From contig JAPPCX010000003.1 in NCBI GenBank assembly GCA_028875655.1, positions 522-64,521 of the forward strand: a DNA stretch of 64,000 nucleotides, in the 5' to 3' direction. The stretch comes from Chloroflexota bacterium. Lineage in GTDB: Bacteria > Chloroflexota > Dehalococcoidia > Lucifugimonadales > UBA3495. Every line of letters starts with the position of its first letter. Position 1 is the stretch's first letter. Positions 17,032 through 25,502 of this stretch are shown here, piece after piece. The notes beneath the pieces were generated by a model. It made no database searches. It had not been told where the DNA came from and saw only the letters and a list, made by a program, of their open reading frames with translations. Position numbers and translations under genes: made by a program.

Positions 17032-17724
17032 ATGAGCCGTGCTGAAGACATCGTGACGTTTTACGCTTTGCTGCAAGAGTTGGAGCAGAGCATATACGGG
17101 AAGCGCACTCTGACCGATTGCGACGGCAAAATGGATTGGCCGAAACGGGGCGTTTATTTCTTTTTCGAGCCAGTTGAGCATCGTTCTGGCGGCGGTAGTT
17201 GCCCCAGAGTGGTTCGCGTAGGCACCCACGCAATAAAGGGAAAAGCCGACACAACATTGTGGAATCGTCTCAGGCAGCATCGGGGAACGCTGAACCCTCC
17301 AAGTGGCAATCATCGCGGATCGGTGTTTCGCAAACTGATCGGCGAAGCACTGATCCGCCGCGATTGTCTGACCAACGGCGCCGACACTTGGGGACGTGGC
17401 AATACCGCTCCGCGTGATGTGAGGGATGTCGAGCGGCCTATCGAAATGGCAGTCAGTCGCTACATCGGCGCAATGCCGTTCCTTATCGTGCCAGTATTGG
17501 ATGCTCCCGGCCCCGACAGCAAACGCGGTTACATCGAACGTAACGCTATCGCCCTGCTCAGTGCCTACAACACCGCTGACGCTGACACGCCTTCTCCGCA
17601 ATGGCTCGGCTGCCATTCTTCTAGAGAGCGCGTCCGACGCTCTGGTCTATGGAACAACGACCACGTGAACGAGGACTACTCCCCTGAATTTCTGAATGTT
17701 CTTGCAGAGTTGTTTGGGCGATGA
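17032..17724 (+). CDS. Putative GIY-YIG-superfamily nuclease
   Basis: GVYFF...VRVG, LWNRLRQH, IERNAI and GLWN match the GIY-YIG Tyr/Arg/His/Glu/Asn layout. ATG at 17032. Confidence 0.65.
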   Translation: MSRAEDIVTFYALLQELEQSIYGKRTLTDCDGKMDWPKRGVYFFFEPVEHRSGGGSCPRVVRVGTHAIKGKADTTLWNRLRQHRGTLNPPSGNHRGSVFRKLIGEALIRRDCLTNGADTWGRGNTAPRDVRDVERPIEMAVSRYIGAMPFLIVPVLDAPGPDSKRGYIERNAIALLSAYNTADADTPSPQWLGCHSSRERVRRSGLWNNDHVNEDYSPEFLNVLAELFGR

Positions 17725-17737
17725 AACGAACCCCGCA

Positions 17738-17766
17738 TTGACGCCCCAATCGTCCCGCCATACAAT
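17738..17766 (+). promoter_or_regulatory. Sigma70-type promoter of the trp leader
   Basis: TTGACG-N17-TACAAT. Confidence 0.75.
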
Positions 17767-17790
17767 AATCCCACAAATCCGAATACCCAA

Positions 17791-18032
17791 TCGCTGTGAA
17801 GGGGATTAGTAAGCGTCCAGCGAGGCCCAGAGAGCCGGAGTTGCTGTGAACCGGCGCCTGGCGCAGACGCCCAATGGACCCCGGAGCCGTCCGCCGAAAG
17901 GACTCTGTTCCGCTTGATACGGAGCTAAGTAGGCCGGAACGCCTGGGCCGCGTTATTCGCCCAACCAACACCGTACGCAGGGTGGCATTGCGACCATTTG
18001 GCTCGTCCCTCAAGGGACGGGCTTTTTCTTTT
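17791..18032 (+). promoter_or_regulatory. Tryptophan T-box riboswitch with intrinsic terminator
   Basis: AGTA, AGAGAG bulge, GCTG apical loop, UGG specifier at 17875-17877, T-box AGGGTGGCATTGCG around 17979-17992, hairpin GCTCGTCCC-TCAA-GGGACGGGC plus T-tract at 18001-18032; directly upstream of trpE. Confidence 0.9.
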
Positions 18033-18066
18033 GCCATCCACTTCAAACTGCATTGGACACCATACC

Positions 18067-19527
18067 GTGAGCACGTACTATCCTACATTGGAACAAGTTA
18101 GATCCCTGGCCGGTCAGGGCAACCTCTGCCCTGTCTATCGCACCATCAACGCCGACCTGGAGACTCCCGTGTCGGCCTACCTGAAGGTGGCCCGCCCGCC
18201 GTACTCCTTCCTGCTGGAATCGGTGGCCGGCGGCGAGCGCATCGGGCGCTACAGCTTTATCGGCACCGAACCCTACGACGTTTTCAGCACCGGCGCCGAT
18301 CAACCGTCCGGTCAGGTTGACCCGTTGACCCTGGTGGAACGGGAAATGGACTCGTTCCAACTCATCCCCGTTGAGGGTCTGCCTCCGTTCCATGGCGGCG
18401 GCGTGGGTTACGTGGCCTACGACGCCGTGCATTACTTCGAGCCGCGCGTGCCCATGCTGGAGTCGGATCCGCAGGGCCTGCCCGAGTCGGTGTTCATGTT
18501 CACCGATACCCTGCTGGTGTTCGACCATCTGCGCCACGACATCAAGGTGGTCAGCCACGCCCGGCTGGACAATGGTGATATCGACGCCGCCTACAAGGCG
18601 GCCATCGCCAAGATCGAGCGCATGGTGGATCGCTTGGAACGTCCTCTGGAAATCCCGGCCGAATTGCTGGCAAGCCCTGCCGTAACGTCCGGCGGGGAGT
18701 TCACCTCCAACTTCACCGTTCCCGAATACGAGGCCGTGGTGGACAAGTGCGTCGAGTACATTTACGCCGGCGACGTTATCCAGGTGGTCAACTCACAACG
18801 GTTCAGCCGGCGCACCGACGCCCACCCCTTCCAGGTGTACCGCGCCCTGCGAGGCAGCAACCCGTCGCCCTACATGTACTACCTGGACCTCAACGGCTTC
18901 CAGATTGTCGGCGCGGCCATCGAGACGGTAGCCACCGTGCACGACGGCATCGTCAACACACATCCCATCGCCGGCACCCGCCCGCGAGGCCAGACGCCGG
19001 CCGAGGACGCAGCGCTTGAAGCGGAACTGAAAGGCAGCGAAAAGCAGCAGGCCGAGCACATCATGCTGCTGGACCTGGGGCGCAACGACATCGGCCGCGT
19101 CAGCGTGCCCGGCACCGTCGAGGTCACACAGTACATGGACGTGGAACGGTTCTCCCACGTCATGCACCTGGTGTCCCACGTGGAAGGCCAGCTGCGCCCC
19201 GACATGACGCCCTACGACGCGCTGCGAGCCTGTTTCCCGGCCGGCACGGTGTCCGGCGCGCCCAAGATCCGCGCCATGGAGATCATCGCCGAGGTGGAGC
19301 AGGAACGCCGCGGGCCATACGGCGGCGCGGTGGCCTACTTCAGCTACAACGGCAACATGGACACCGCCCTCGTGCTGCGCACCGGAATCTTCAAGGACGG
19401 CATCATGTACGTTCAGGCCGGCGGGGGCGTGGTCGCCGACAGTGTCGCCGAGGACGAATACATGGAAACCCGCCACAAGTCCGGCGCAATGATGCGCGCC
19501 ATCGACACCGCCGAAGGCATCACCTAA
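18067..19527 (+). CDS. trpE: Anthranilate synthase component I
   Basis: ETPVSAY, FLLES, GRYSFIG, NPSPYMY, PIAGTRPRG and GTVSGAPKIRAM motifs; GTG start. Confidence 0.93.
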   Translation: MSTYYPTLEQVRSLAGQGNLCPVYRTINADLETPVSAYLKVARPPYSFLLESVAGGERIGRYSFIGTEPYDVFSTGADQPSGQVDPLTLVEREMDSFQLIPVEGLPPFHGGGVGYVAYDAVHYFEPRVPMLESDPQGLPESVFMFTDTLLVFDHLRHDIKVVSHARLDNGDIDAAYKAAIAKIERMVDRLERPLEIPAELLASPAVTSGGEFTSNFTVPEYEAVVDKCVEYIYAGDVIQVVNSQRFSRRTDAHPFQVYRALRGSNPSPYMYYLDLNGFQIVGAAIETVATVHDGIVNTHPIAGTRPRGQTPAEDAALEAELKGSEKQQAEHIMLLDLGRNDIGRVSVPGTVEVTQYMDVERFSHVMHLVSHVEGQLRPDMTPYDALRACFPAGTVSGAPKIRAMEIIAEVEQERRGPYGGAVAYFSYNGNMDTALVLRTGIFKDGIMYVQAGGGVVADSVAEDEYMETRHKSGAMMRAIDTAEGIT

Positions 19528-19534
19528 CCCTACC

Positions 19535-19561
19535 GTCATTCCCGCGAAAGCGGGAATCCAG
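19535..19561. repeat. dRS3/RPE-like palindromic repeat GTCATTCCCGCGAAAGCGGGAATCCAG
   Basis: ATTCCC-N8-GGGAAT palindrome; further copies at 32221-32301 and 60869-60896. Confidence 0.8.
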
Positions 19562-19570
19562 GAGACCAAA

Positions 19571-20011
19571 ATGCTCAAATCCTTCTTTCACACTGGCTTC
19601 ATCGTCAAGGACCTGGAAGCCGCCATTGACTTCTACTCCGACGTGCTCGGCTTGACGCTGACCATGCGCACCGAGCGCACCGGCGAGTTTCCCACCACGC
19701 TGCTGGGGTTCCCCGACACTCACATCAAGGGCGCTTTCTTTGACATGGGCGACGGCCACCAGTTGGAGCTCATCCAGTACATGAACCCCGAGGGCGGTTA
19801 CGCCGATTTCGACAAGAACGACGTTCGCGCCGCCCATCTAGCGTTCTTCGTTGAGGACATCGACGCCTTTTACGAAAACACCCGCAACCGTGGCCTCACG
19901 TATCCGACGCCGCCGGTTGCCATGTACGACGACGATGGCAAGATGGTGCGCAAGGCGTCCTACTGCCAGGACCCGGACGGCAACTGGCTGGAACTGGTGG
20001 AGCTTTACTGA
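19571..20011 (+). CDS. VOC/glyoxalase family protein
   Basis: HTGFIVKDL, ELIQY, HLAFFV and DPDGNWLELVE motifs. Confidence 0.9.
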   Translation: MLKSFFHTGFIVKDLEAAIDFYSDVLGLTLTMRTERTGEFPTTLLGFPDTHIKGAFFDMGDGHQLELIQYMNPEGGYADFDKNDVRAAHLAFFVEDIDAFYENTRNRGLTYPTPPVAMYDDDGKMVRKASYCQDPDGNWLELVELY

Positions 20012-20598
20012 TGCTGCTGCTCATCGACAACTACGACAGCTTCACCTACAACCTCTACCAGTACCTCTGCGAACTGGGCGCAGAGGTTGAGGTGATTCGC
20101 AACGACAAGACCACCATCGAGGATATTGAGGCGATGCAGCCCGAGGGCATCGTGGTGTCTCCCGGGCCCTGCACGCCGCGGGAGGCCGGCATATCCAACG
20201 ATGTGATCCGGCACTTCGGACCCAAGCTACCGGTGCTGGGCGTCTGCCTGGGCCACCAGTGCATCGGCGACGCCTACGGCGCGACGGTGGACCGCGCCGG
20301 TGAAATCCGCCACGGCAAGACTTCGATGATCCACCACGACGGCGAGGGGGTTTTCGCCGGCCTGCCCAGCCCCTTCGAGGCCATCCGCTACCACAGCCTG
20401 GTCATCTACCCCGACACGGTGCCCGACTTCCTGGAAGTTACCGCCTGGACTGACAACGGCCTCATCATGGGGGTTCGTCACAAGGAACTCCCCGTCGAGG
20501 GCATCCAGTTCCACCCCGAGTCCATCATGACGCTGGTGGGCCACGATCTGCTCCAGAACTACCTCAACCAGGTGGCAGCGTTCCACGGCAAGGGTTAG
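20011..20598 (+). CDS. trpG: Anthranilate synthase component II (glutamine amidotransferase)
   Basis: IDNYDSFTYN, SPGPC, GVCLGHQ and QFHPES motifs. Confidence 0.92.
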   Translation: MLLLIDNYDSFTYNLYQYLCELGAEVEVIRNDKTTIEDIEAMQPEGIVVSPGPCTPREAGISNDVIRHFGPKLPVLGVCLGHQCIGDAYGATVDRAGEIRHGKTSMIHHDGEGVFAGLPSPFEAIRYHSLVIYPDTVPDFLEVTAWTDNGLIMGVRHKELPVEGIQFHPESIMTLVGHDLLQNYLNQVAAFHGKG

Positions 20599-20674
20599 CC
20601 TTCCCTGGGTTTAGGGTTCCGGTTGCTATACTGGATAGACGCGCCTACACGGGCATCTTGAAAAGGAGGCAACC

Positions 20675-21856
20675 ATGAACCCACGCAACATCGGCCCCAA
20701 CGTCCTGTCGTGGCTCCCCGCCGACCAGATCGAAGAGTCGGCGATGCAGCAGATTGAAAACCTCTCCCGGATGCCCTTTATCTTCAAGCACGTCGCGGTC
20801 ATGCCGGACTGCCACTTTGGCATGGGCGCTACCGTGGGGTCGGTCATCCCGACCAACCGCGCCATCATCCCCGCCGCCGTCGGCGTGGACATCGGCTGCG
20901 GTATGATCGCCGTCAAGACTCCGCTCACCCGCGAGGACCTGCCCGAAGACCTTTCCGACATTCGCAAGGCCATCGAACACCAGGTGCCCCTCAGCGCCGG
21001 CCACTACAACCGCAGCATCAAGAAGACCGCCAAGCCCCGTATCGAGCAGCTTGAAGCCAAGGCCGCGGAGCTTGACCGGCTGGACTTCTACGACAAGCTC
21101 GATAAGAACTGGCGCAAGCAGCTGGGTTCTCTTGGGTCGGGCAACCACTTCATCGAGGTCGTGCTGGATGAGGAAGGGTACGCGTGGGCGTTCCTGCACT
21201 CCGGTTCCAGGGGCGTGGGCAACCGCATGGCTGCCCACCACATCAAAATCGCCAAGGCGTTGATGGAAAAGTGGTATATCAACCTGCCCGACGCCGACCT
21301 CGCCTACCTGGTCGAGGATACGCCGGAGTTCGACGACTACATGAAGGACCTCGAATGGGCCCAGGAGTTCGCCCTGCTCAACCGCGAGGAGATGATGGAG
21401 CGCATCATCCGGCTGCTCCAGTACCGTTGCGGCGACTTTGAGCCGGTTGAAACCGTCCAGTGCCACCACAACTTTACCCAGCGCGAGCATCACTTCGGCA
21501 AGAATATCCTGGTGTCCCGCAAGGGGGCCATCGAAGCGCGGGAAGGGCAGCTTGGCCTGATTCCCGGGTCCATGGGCACCCGCAGCTACGTGGTGCGCGG
21601 CAAGGGCAACGCGGCGTCATTCAATACGGCCCCCCACGGAGCGGGCCGCCGCCTCAGCCGCAACAAGGCCCGCGCCAACTTCACCATGGAAGACTTCGAC
21701 CGGGACATGGTCGGCATTGAGGTCAACCGCTCGGAGGCTTTCCTGGACGAGTTGCCCGGGGCCTACAAGGACATCGACGTAGTGATGGAGCAGTCCGCCG
21801 GCCTGGTGGAAATCCTCCACACGTTCCGGCAGATCGTGAACGTGAAGGGCGCGTAA
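20675..21856 (+). CDS. rtcB: RtcB RNA ligase
   Basis: MPDCH, GVDIGCG, GSGNHFIE, HSGSRG, HN, PGSMG and HGAGR motifs. Confidence 0.93.
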   Translation: MNPRNIGPNVLSWLPADQIEESAMQQIENLSRMPFIFKHVAVMPDCHFGMGATVGSVIPTNRAIIPAAVGVDIGCGMIAVKTPLTREDLPEDLSDIRKAIEHQVPLSAGHYNRSIKKTAKPRIEQLEAKAAELDRLDFYDKLDKNWRKQLGSLGSGNHFIEVVLDEEGYAWAFLHSGSRGVGNRMAAHHIKIAKALMEKWYINLPDADLAYLVEDTPEFDDYMKDLEWAQEFALLNREEMMERIIRLLQYRCGDFEPVETVQCHHNFTQREHHFGKNILVSRKGAIEAREGQLGLIPGSMGTRSYVVRGKGNAASFNTAPHGAGRRLSRNKARANFTMEDFDRDMVGIEVNRSEAFLDELPGAYKDIDVVMEQSAGLVEILHTFRQIVNVKGA

Positions 21857-21896
21857 TGTAGGTAGTCCGTCGTGGTCGAAACGGCAGGGCAATCCG

Positions 21897-21924
21897 GTAG
21901 GGGCGAATAATTATTCGCCCCTAC
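21897..21924. repeat. GTAG-type REP-like perfect 28-bp palindrome
   Basis: GTAGGGGCGAATAATTATTCGCCCCTAC is its own reverse complement. Confidence 0.8.
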
Positions 21925-21975
21925 TTGTCATATAATCTCTACAATCCTCTGCAACGACGTGAAACGGAGCCTGCC

Positions 21976-23349
21976 ATGACCACCATCGCCGAATACGTCT
22001 CGAACTACTCTGCCAATCTGCACTTCCGCGACATCCCCGCCGAAACCGTTCACGACCTCAAGCGCATGACCATCGACACCATCGGCTGCGCCATCGGGGG
22101 CTACACATCGGAACCGAGCAAGATTGCCCGCGACCTGGCTGGGGAAATTACCGGACACCGCCGCCCGGTCACCGTCATCGGCAGCGGCCTCACCAGTAGC
22201 CCCGAGCTGGCCACCTTCGCCAACGGCGTGATGATCCGCTACCTGGACTTCAATGACGGTTACACCACCCTGGAATCCGGCCATCCCAGCGACAGCATCG
22301 CCGCTACTCTGGCCGGCGCGGAATTGGCCGGGGCCGGCGGCCGGCGATTCATCGCCGCCACGGCCGTGGCCTACGAGGCGTTCTGCCGCTTTGGCGACGC
22401 TTTCAACATCAGGGCGCTCGGGTTTGACCACGTCACCAACGGGGCCATCGCCAGCTCGCTGGGCGCGGCTCGCGCCATGGGCCTCTCCGTCGCGCAGACG
22501 GAGCAGACGTTGAACCTGGGCATCACGCCTAACCTCGCGCTGGGCCAGACCCGCGTTGGCGAGCTTTCCCACTGGAAGGGTTGCGCTTATGCCAACGCCA
22601 GCCGCAACGCCGTGTTTGCCGCCCTGCTGGCCGAGCGCGGACTCACCGGGCCGGGGTCGATATTTGAGGGCGAGCTTGGTTTCTTCAACGCAGTGACGAA
22701 GGAGCCTTACCAGCTGGAACCCTTCGGCGGCGACCGGGGCCAACCTTTCAAGGTCCACGAGTGCAACATCAAGCACTTCGCCCTCGGCCTGTACTCACAA
22801 ACCGTCGTGGAGGCCGCCCTGGAAGCCCGCCAGCAGGTGCCGGATTTCAATGAGGCCAACGTCGCCGGCGTCCATATCCGCACCCTCCAGAAGGCTATCG
22901 ACATCATGGCCGGCGACGAGGAAAAGTATCACCCCCAGACTCGGGAGTCCGCCGACCACAGTATGCCCTACGCCACAGCCATCGCCCTGAAGCACAACAC
23001 TCTGAACCAGAGCCACTTTTCGGACGAGCACATCAACGATCCGGCCATCGCTACCCTCATCGGCAACACGCGCATCGAAGCTTCCGAAGAGGCCGCCCGC
23101 CGGTTCCCCGACGCCATGCTGTGCAATCTGGACCTGCGGATGAACAACGGGCAGACCTATAGCGCCGAGGTTGGGCACTTCCGCGGCCATCATCGCAACC
23201 CGATGACCGACGCCGAGGTGGAAGCCAAGTTCCGCGGCCTGTGCGAGGACCTGCTGTCACCGGATCAGACGGAGGAATTGCTGGGCCGTCTCTGGAACCT
23301 GGAAGAAGAGGAAAACATCAGCGTGCTATTGCGCCTGACGCGGATTTAA
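21976..23349 (+). CDS. prpD: MmgE/PrpD family 2-methylcitrate dehydratase-like protein
   Basis: RYLDFND...GHPSD, DHV, SHWKG and RESADHS motifs. Confidence 0.85.
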   Translation: MTTIAEYVSNYSANLHFRDIPAETVHDLKRMTIDTIGCAIGGYTSEPSKIARDLAGEITGHRRPVTVIGSGLTSSPELATFANGVMIRYLDFNDGYTTLESGHPSDSIAATLAGAELAGAGGRRFIAATAVAYEAFCRFGDAFNIRALGFDHVTNGAIASSLGAARAMGLSVAQTEQTLNLGITPNLALGQTRVGELSHWKGCAYANASRNAVFAALLAERGLTGPGSIFEGELGFFNAVTKEPYQLEPFGGDRGQPFKVHECNIKHFALGLYSQTVVEAALEARQQVPDFNEANVAGVHIRTLQKAIDIMAGDEEKYHPQTRESADHSMPYATAIALKHNTLNQSHFSDEHINDPAIATLIGNTRIEASEEAARRFPDAMLCNLDLRMNNGQTYSAEVGHFRGHHRNPMTDAEVEAKFRGLCEDLLSPDQTEELLGRLWNLEEEENISVLLRLTRI

Positions 23350-23790
23350 TCACGCTCCGATGCGCGTCCCGTCCGGATACGTATAGCCCACCCTGTCGCT
23401 GTACCCGCCGGCGGCGGGGAAGATCTGCCGGTACAGCCCGCGGGCGCGGTTTTTTACCACCGCTCCGGCCGCGTCCTTGGTGGGCGTCGGCTTGGCGTTC
23501 TGGTCCTTGTAGAACTGGGATTGCAACGGGCTGTCGTCCTCCATCTCCCAGATGCACAGGTAGCGCATCACGTTGTTGGCCTGCCCATCCTCCGGGTCCA
23601 GCATGAACCGTCGCGCGCTGATGTAGCCGGGGATCGACATACGCTCCGGCAGGTGCTCCTCGTTGTACCACTTGTTGAACACCTCGTCGTCCGCTGGATC
23701 AACCTCCATCATTACCACCAACACGCTGGTGCCTACCTGTTGATTGCTGACTTTGCTGCCGTTTGTGCTGGTCATGCTTGGTTCCTCCAC
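23350..23790 (-). CDS. Dimeric alpha/beta-barrel (EthD/DUF4286-like) protein
   Basis: FNKWYNEEHLPERMSIPGYISARRF. Confidence 0.75.
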   Translation of the reverse strand: MEEPSMTSTNGSKVSNQQVGTSVLVVMMEVDPADDEVFNKWYNEEHLPERMSIPGYISARRFMLDPEDGQANNVMRYLCIWEMEDDSPLQSQFYKDQNAKPTPTKDAAGAVVKNRARGLYRQIFPAAGGYSDRVGYTYPDGTRIGA

Positions 23791-23792
23791 GT

Positions 23793-24185
23793 CTATGTTT
23801 CCAGTAGTTCGGTGACGGTCACATTGCCGCCGTGTGTGAAATCAATGGACAGGTTGTTGTCCCATAACAAGCCGACTCCGATGAGGGGAAAGGTTTCAGA
23901 TTCCAATACGTTAATCACGTGTTCGCGGCCGTGCCATAAAATGTTCCCGCGATAGGTGTCAAAATCTGCAAACTGGCCGGTTCCTGTTCTAAAGCCGGTA
24001 ATCGAGATGAACGGAAACCCCAATTGTTCAATCGCTGACGCCGGCAGCGTCATATCGCCGGTAAATCCAGTGTCTAATCGCGCCTCTATGGTTCGTTCTT
24101 GCCCGTTTGAGTCAACCAACACGACGGCGATAGTTGCCCACCGCAACAGATGCACGGATCCGCTGATCATGCTCGGGACGATCAT
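23793..24185 (-). CDS. Clan AA aspartic protease (second copy)
   Basis: ARLDTGFTGDMTLP and PLIGVGLL; homologous to 6360-6758. Confidence 0.85.
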   Translation of the reverse strand: MIVPSMISGSVHLLRWATIAVVLVDSNGQERTIEARLDTGFTGDMTLPASAIEQLGFPFISITGFRTGTGQFADFDTYRGNILWHGREHVINVLESETFPLIGVGLLWDNNLSIDFTHGGNVTVTELLET

Positions 24186-24439
24186 GGGCTAAGCGACTCA
24201 AACGCGGCGGGAAAGCCAACTCTAAATCCATATACGTCGGCTTCAGGCTTGCGCTGCCTCAGACGCGCCGCCGCCTTATGCAGCGCTTCGTCCAGTTCCC
24301 AATCCATGCTATCGTGATCTACGGTCAGGAAATAGCCAATCGGTTCCTCGGCTCCTTTCAATGTCGGGCGCACCTTTTCTTGATACACCTTCCGGCCGAC
24401 TTCCTCGGCTTCTTCGGGGCTCATGTCTCGCCATCCCAT
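24182..24439 (-). CDS. Small protein coupled to the aspartic protease (DUF5678-like)
   Basis: GGAGGAGG SD; GRKVYQEKVRP...GYFLTVD.DS.DWE...RVG; ATGA overlap with the protease. Confidence 0.75.
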   Translation of the reverse strand: MGWRDMSPEEAEEVGRKVYQEKVRPTLKGAEEPIGYFLTVDHDSMDWELDEALHKAAARLRQRKPEADVYGFRVGFPAAFESLSP

Positions 24440-24486
24440 TTCCTCCTCCTGCTTGTGGTTGTATCCCGACAAACTTGCGGGCTTTA

Positions 24487-25476
24487 TCACAGCCGCCGGT
24501 AGATCTGCACACGGTGGCGGTAGCAGTCGGCCACGAACACGAGGCCGTCGTCGCTGACCGTAACCGCCGCCGGTCGGTAGAACCGCCGCTTCAGCTCGAT
24601 GTTCTGTGTGGCCGCGTTCAGCTTTTCCTCGATGTCCGGGTTGGCGTCCAGGAAAGTCCTCGCCCACTTGGACGTGCCTGAATGTCCAATCAACGTGTCA
24701 ACGACACGGCCATCTGAATCCAGAACTTGCACGCGATCCTTCCACCAGTCGCACACGTAGATGCGACCCTCCGAATCCAGCGTCAATCCGTTGGGCCGGG
24801 AAAACCCGTTGCCGCCGCCCCGCCCGTCAAACTCGGCGATGAACCTGCCGGCGGCGTCGAATTTCTGCACCCGGTCATTCCGCCAGTCGGTAACGTACAC
24901 ATCACCACCCCCGTCCACGGCTACGCCCCAGGGCATGCTGAACTGGCCCGGCCCTTCGCCTTCAGATCCCCAACCCGCCAAATACTCGCCGTCCGCCGTG
25001 AACCGCTGCACCCGGTGATTCAACGAGTCCACCACCAGCAGCGACCCGTCCGGCGCAAACGCCATGCCCGACGGCCGATTCAGCTGCCCCGGCTCCGCGC
25101 CAAGCTCGCCCCAGCAGCGCAGAAACTCCCCTTCCGGCGTGAAAACGCTGATGCGGTGGGTGTTCTCGTCCGACAGGTACAGGTTGCCGTCCGGCCCGAA
25201 ACGGATTTCGGTTATCCAGATGAATTGGCCGGGCGCATCGCCCCAGCCGGAAAACTCGCCCACGTAGTCGCCGTCAAAGGTGCAGCGGCTGACTCGAACT
25301 CCCTCGGGTTGGTTTGGATTGGCCCGACTGGCGACATGGAGCAACCCATCCGGCCCCAGCGCCAGCGATACCGGCCCGCTGAACCCTGGCCCGCTGGCCG
25401 ACAGCAATCCGATCACGTCATGGTACTGATACAGCCCCGCAACCGACACGGGATATTCAACGACGGTGCTCATCAA
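24487..25476 (-). CDS. NHL-repeat beta-propeller protein
   Basis: Repeated G..PGQ(F/L)..P.G.A.....YV.D..N.RVQ.F units. Confidence 0.9.
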   Translation of the reverse strand: MMSTVVEYPVSVAGLYQYHDVIGLLSASGPGFSGPVSLALGPDGLLHVASRANPNQPEGVRVSRCTFDGDYVGEFSGWGDAPGQFIWITEIRFGPDGNLYLSDENTHRISVFTPEGEFLRCWGELGAEPGQLNRPSGMAFAPDGSLLVVDSLNHRVQRFTADGEYLAGWGSEGEGPGQFSMPWGVAVDGGGDVYVTDWRNDRVQKFDAAGRFIAEFDGRGGGNGFSRPNGLTLDSEGRIYVCDWWKDRVQVLDSDGRVVDTLIGHSGTSKWARTFLDANPDIEEKLNAATQNIELKRRFYRPAAVTVSDDGLVFVADCYRHRVQIYRRL

Positions 25477-25502
25477 ATCACCTTCCTGCGTCCAAGTAAT
25501 TA

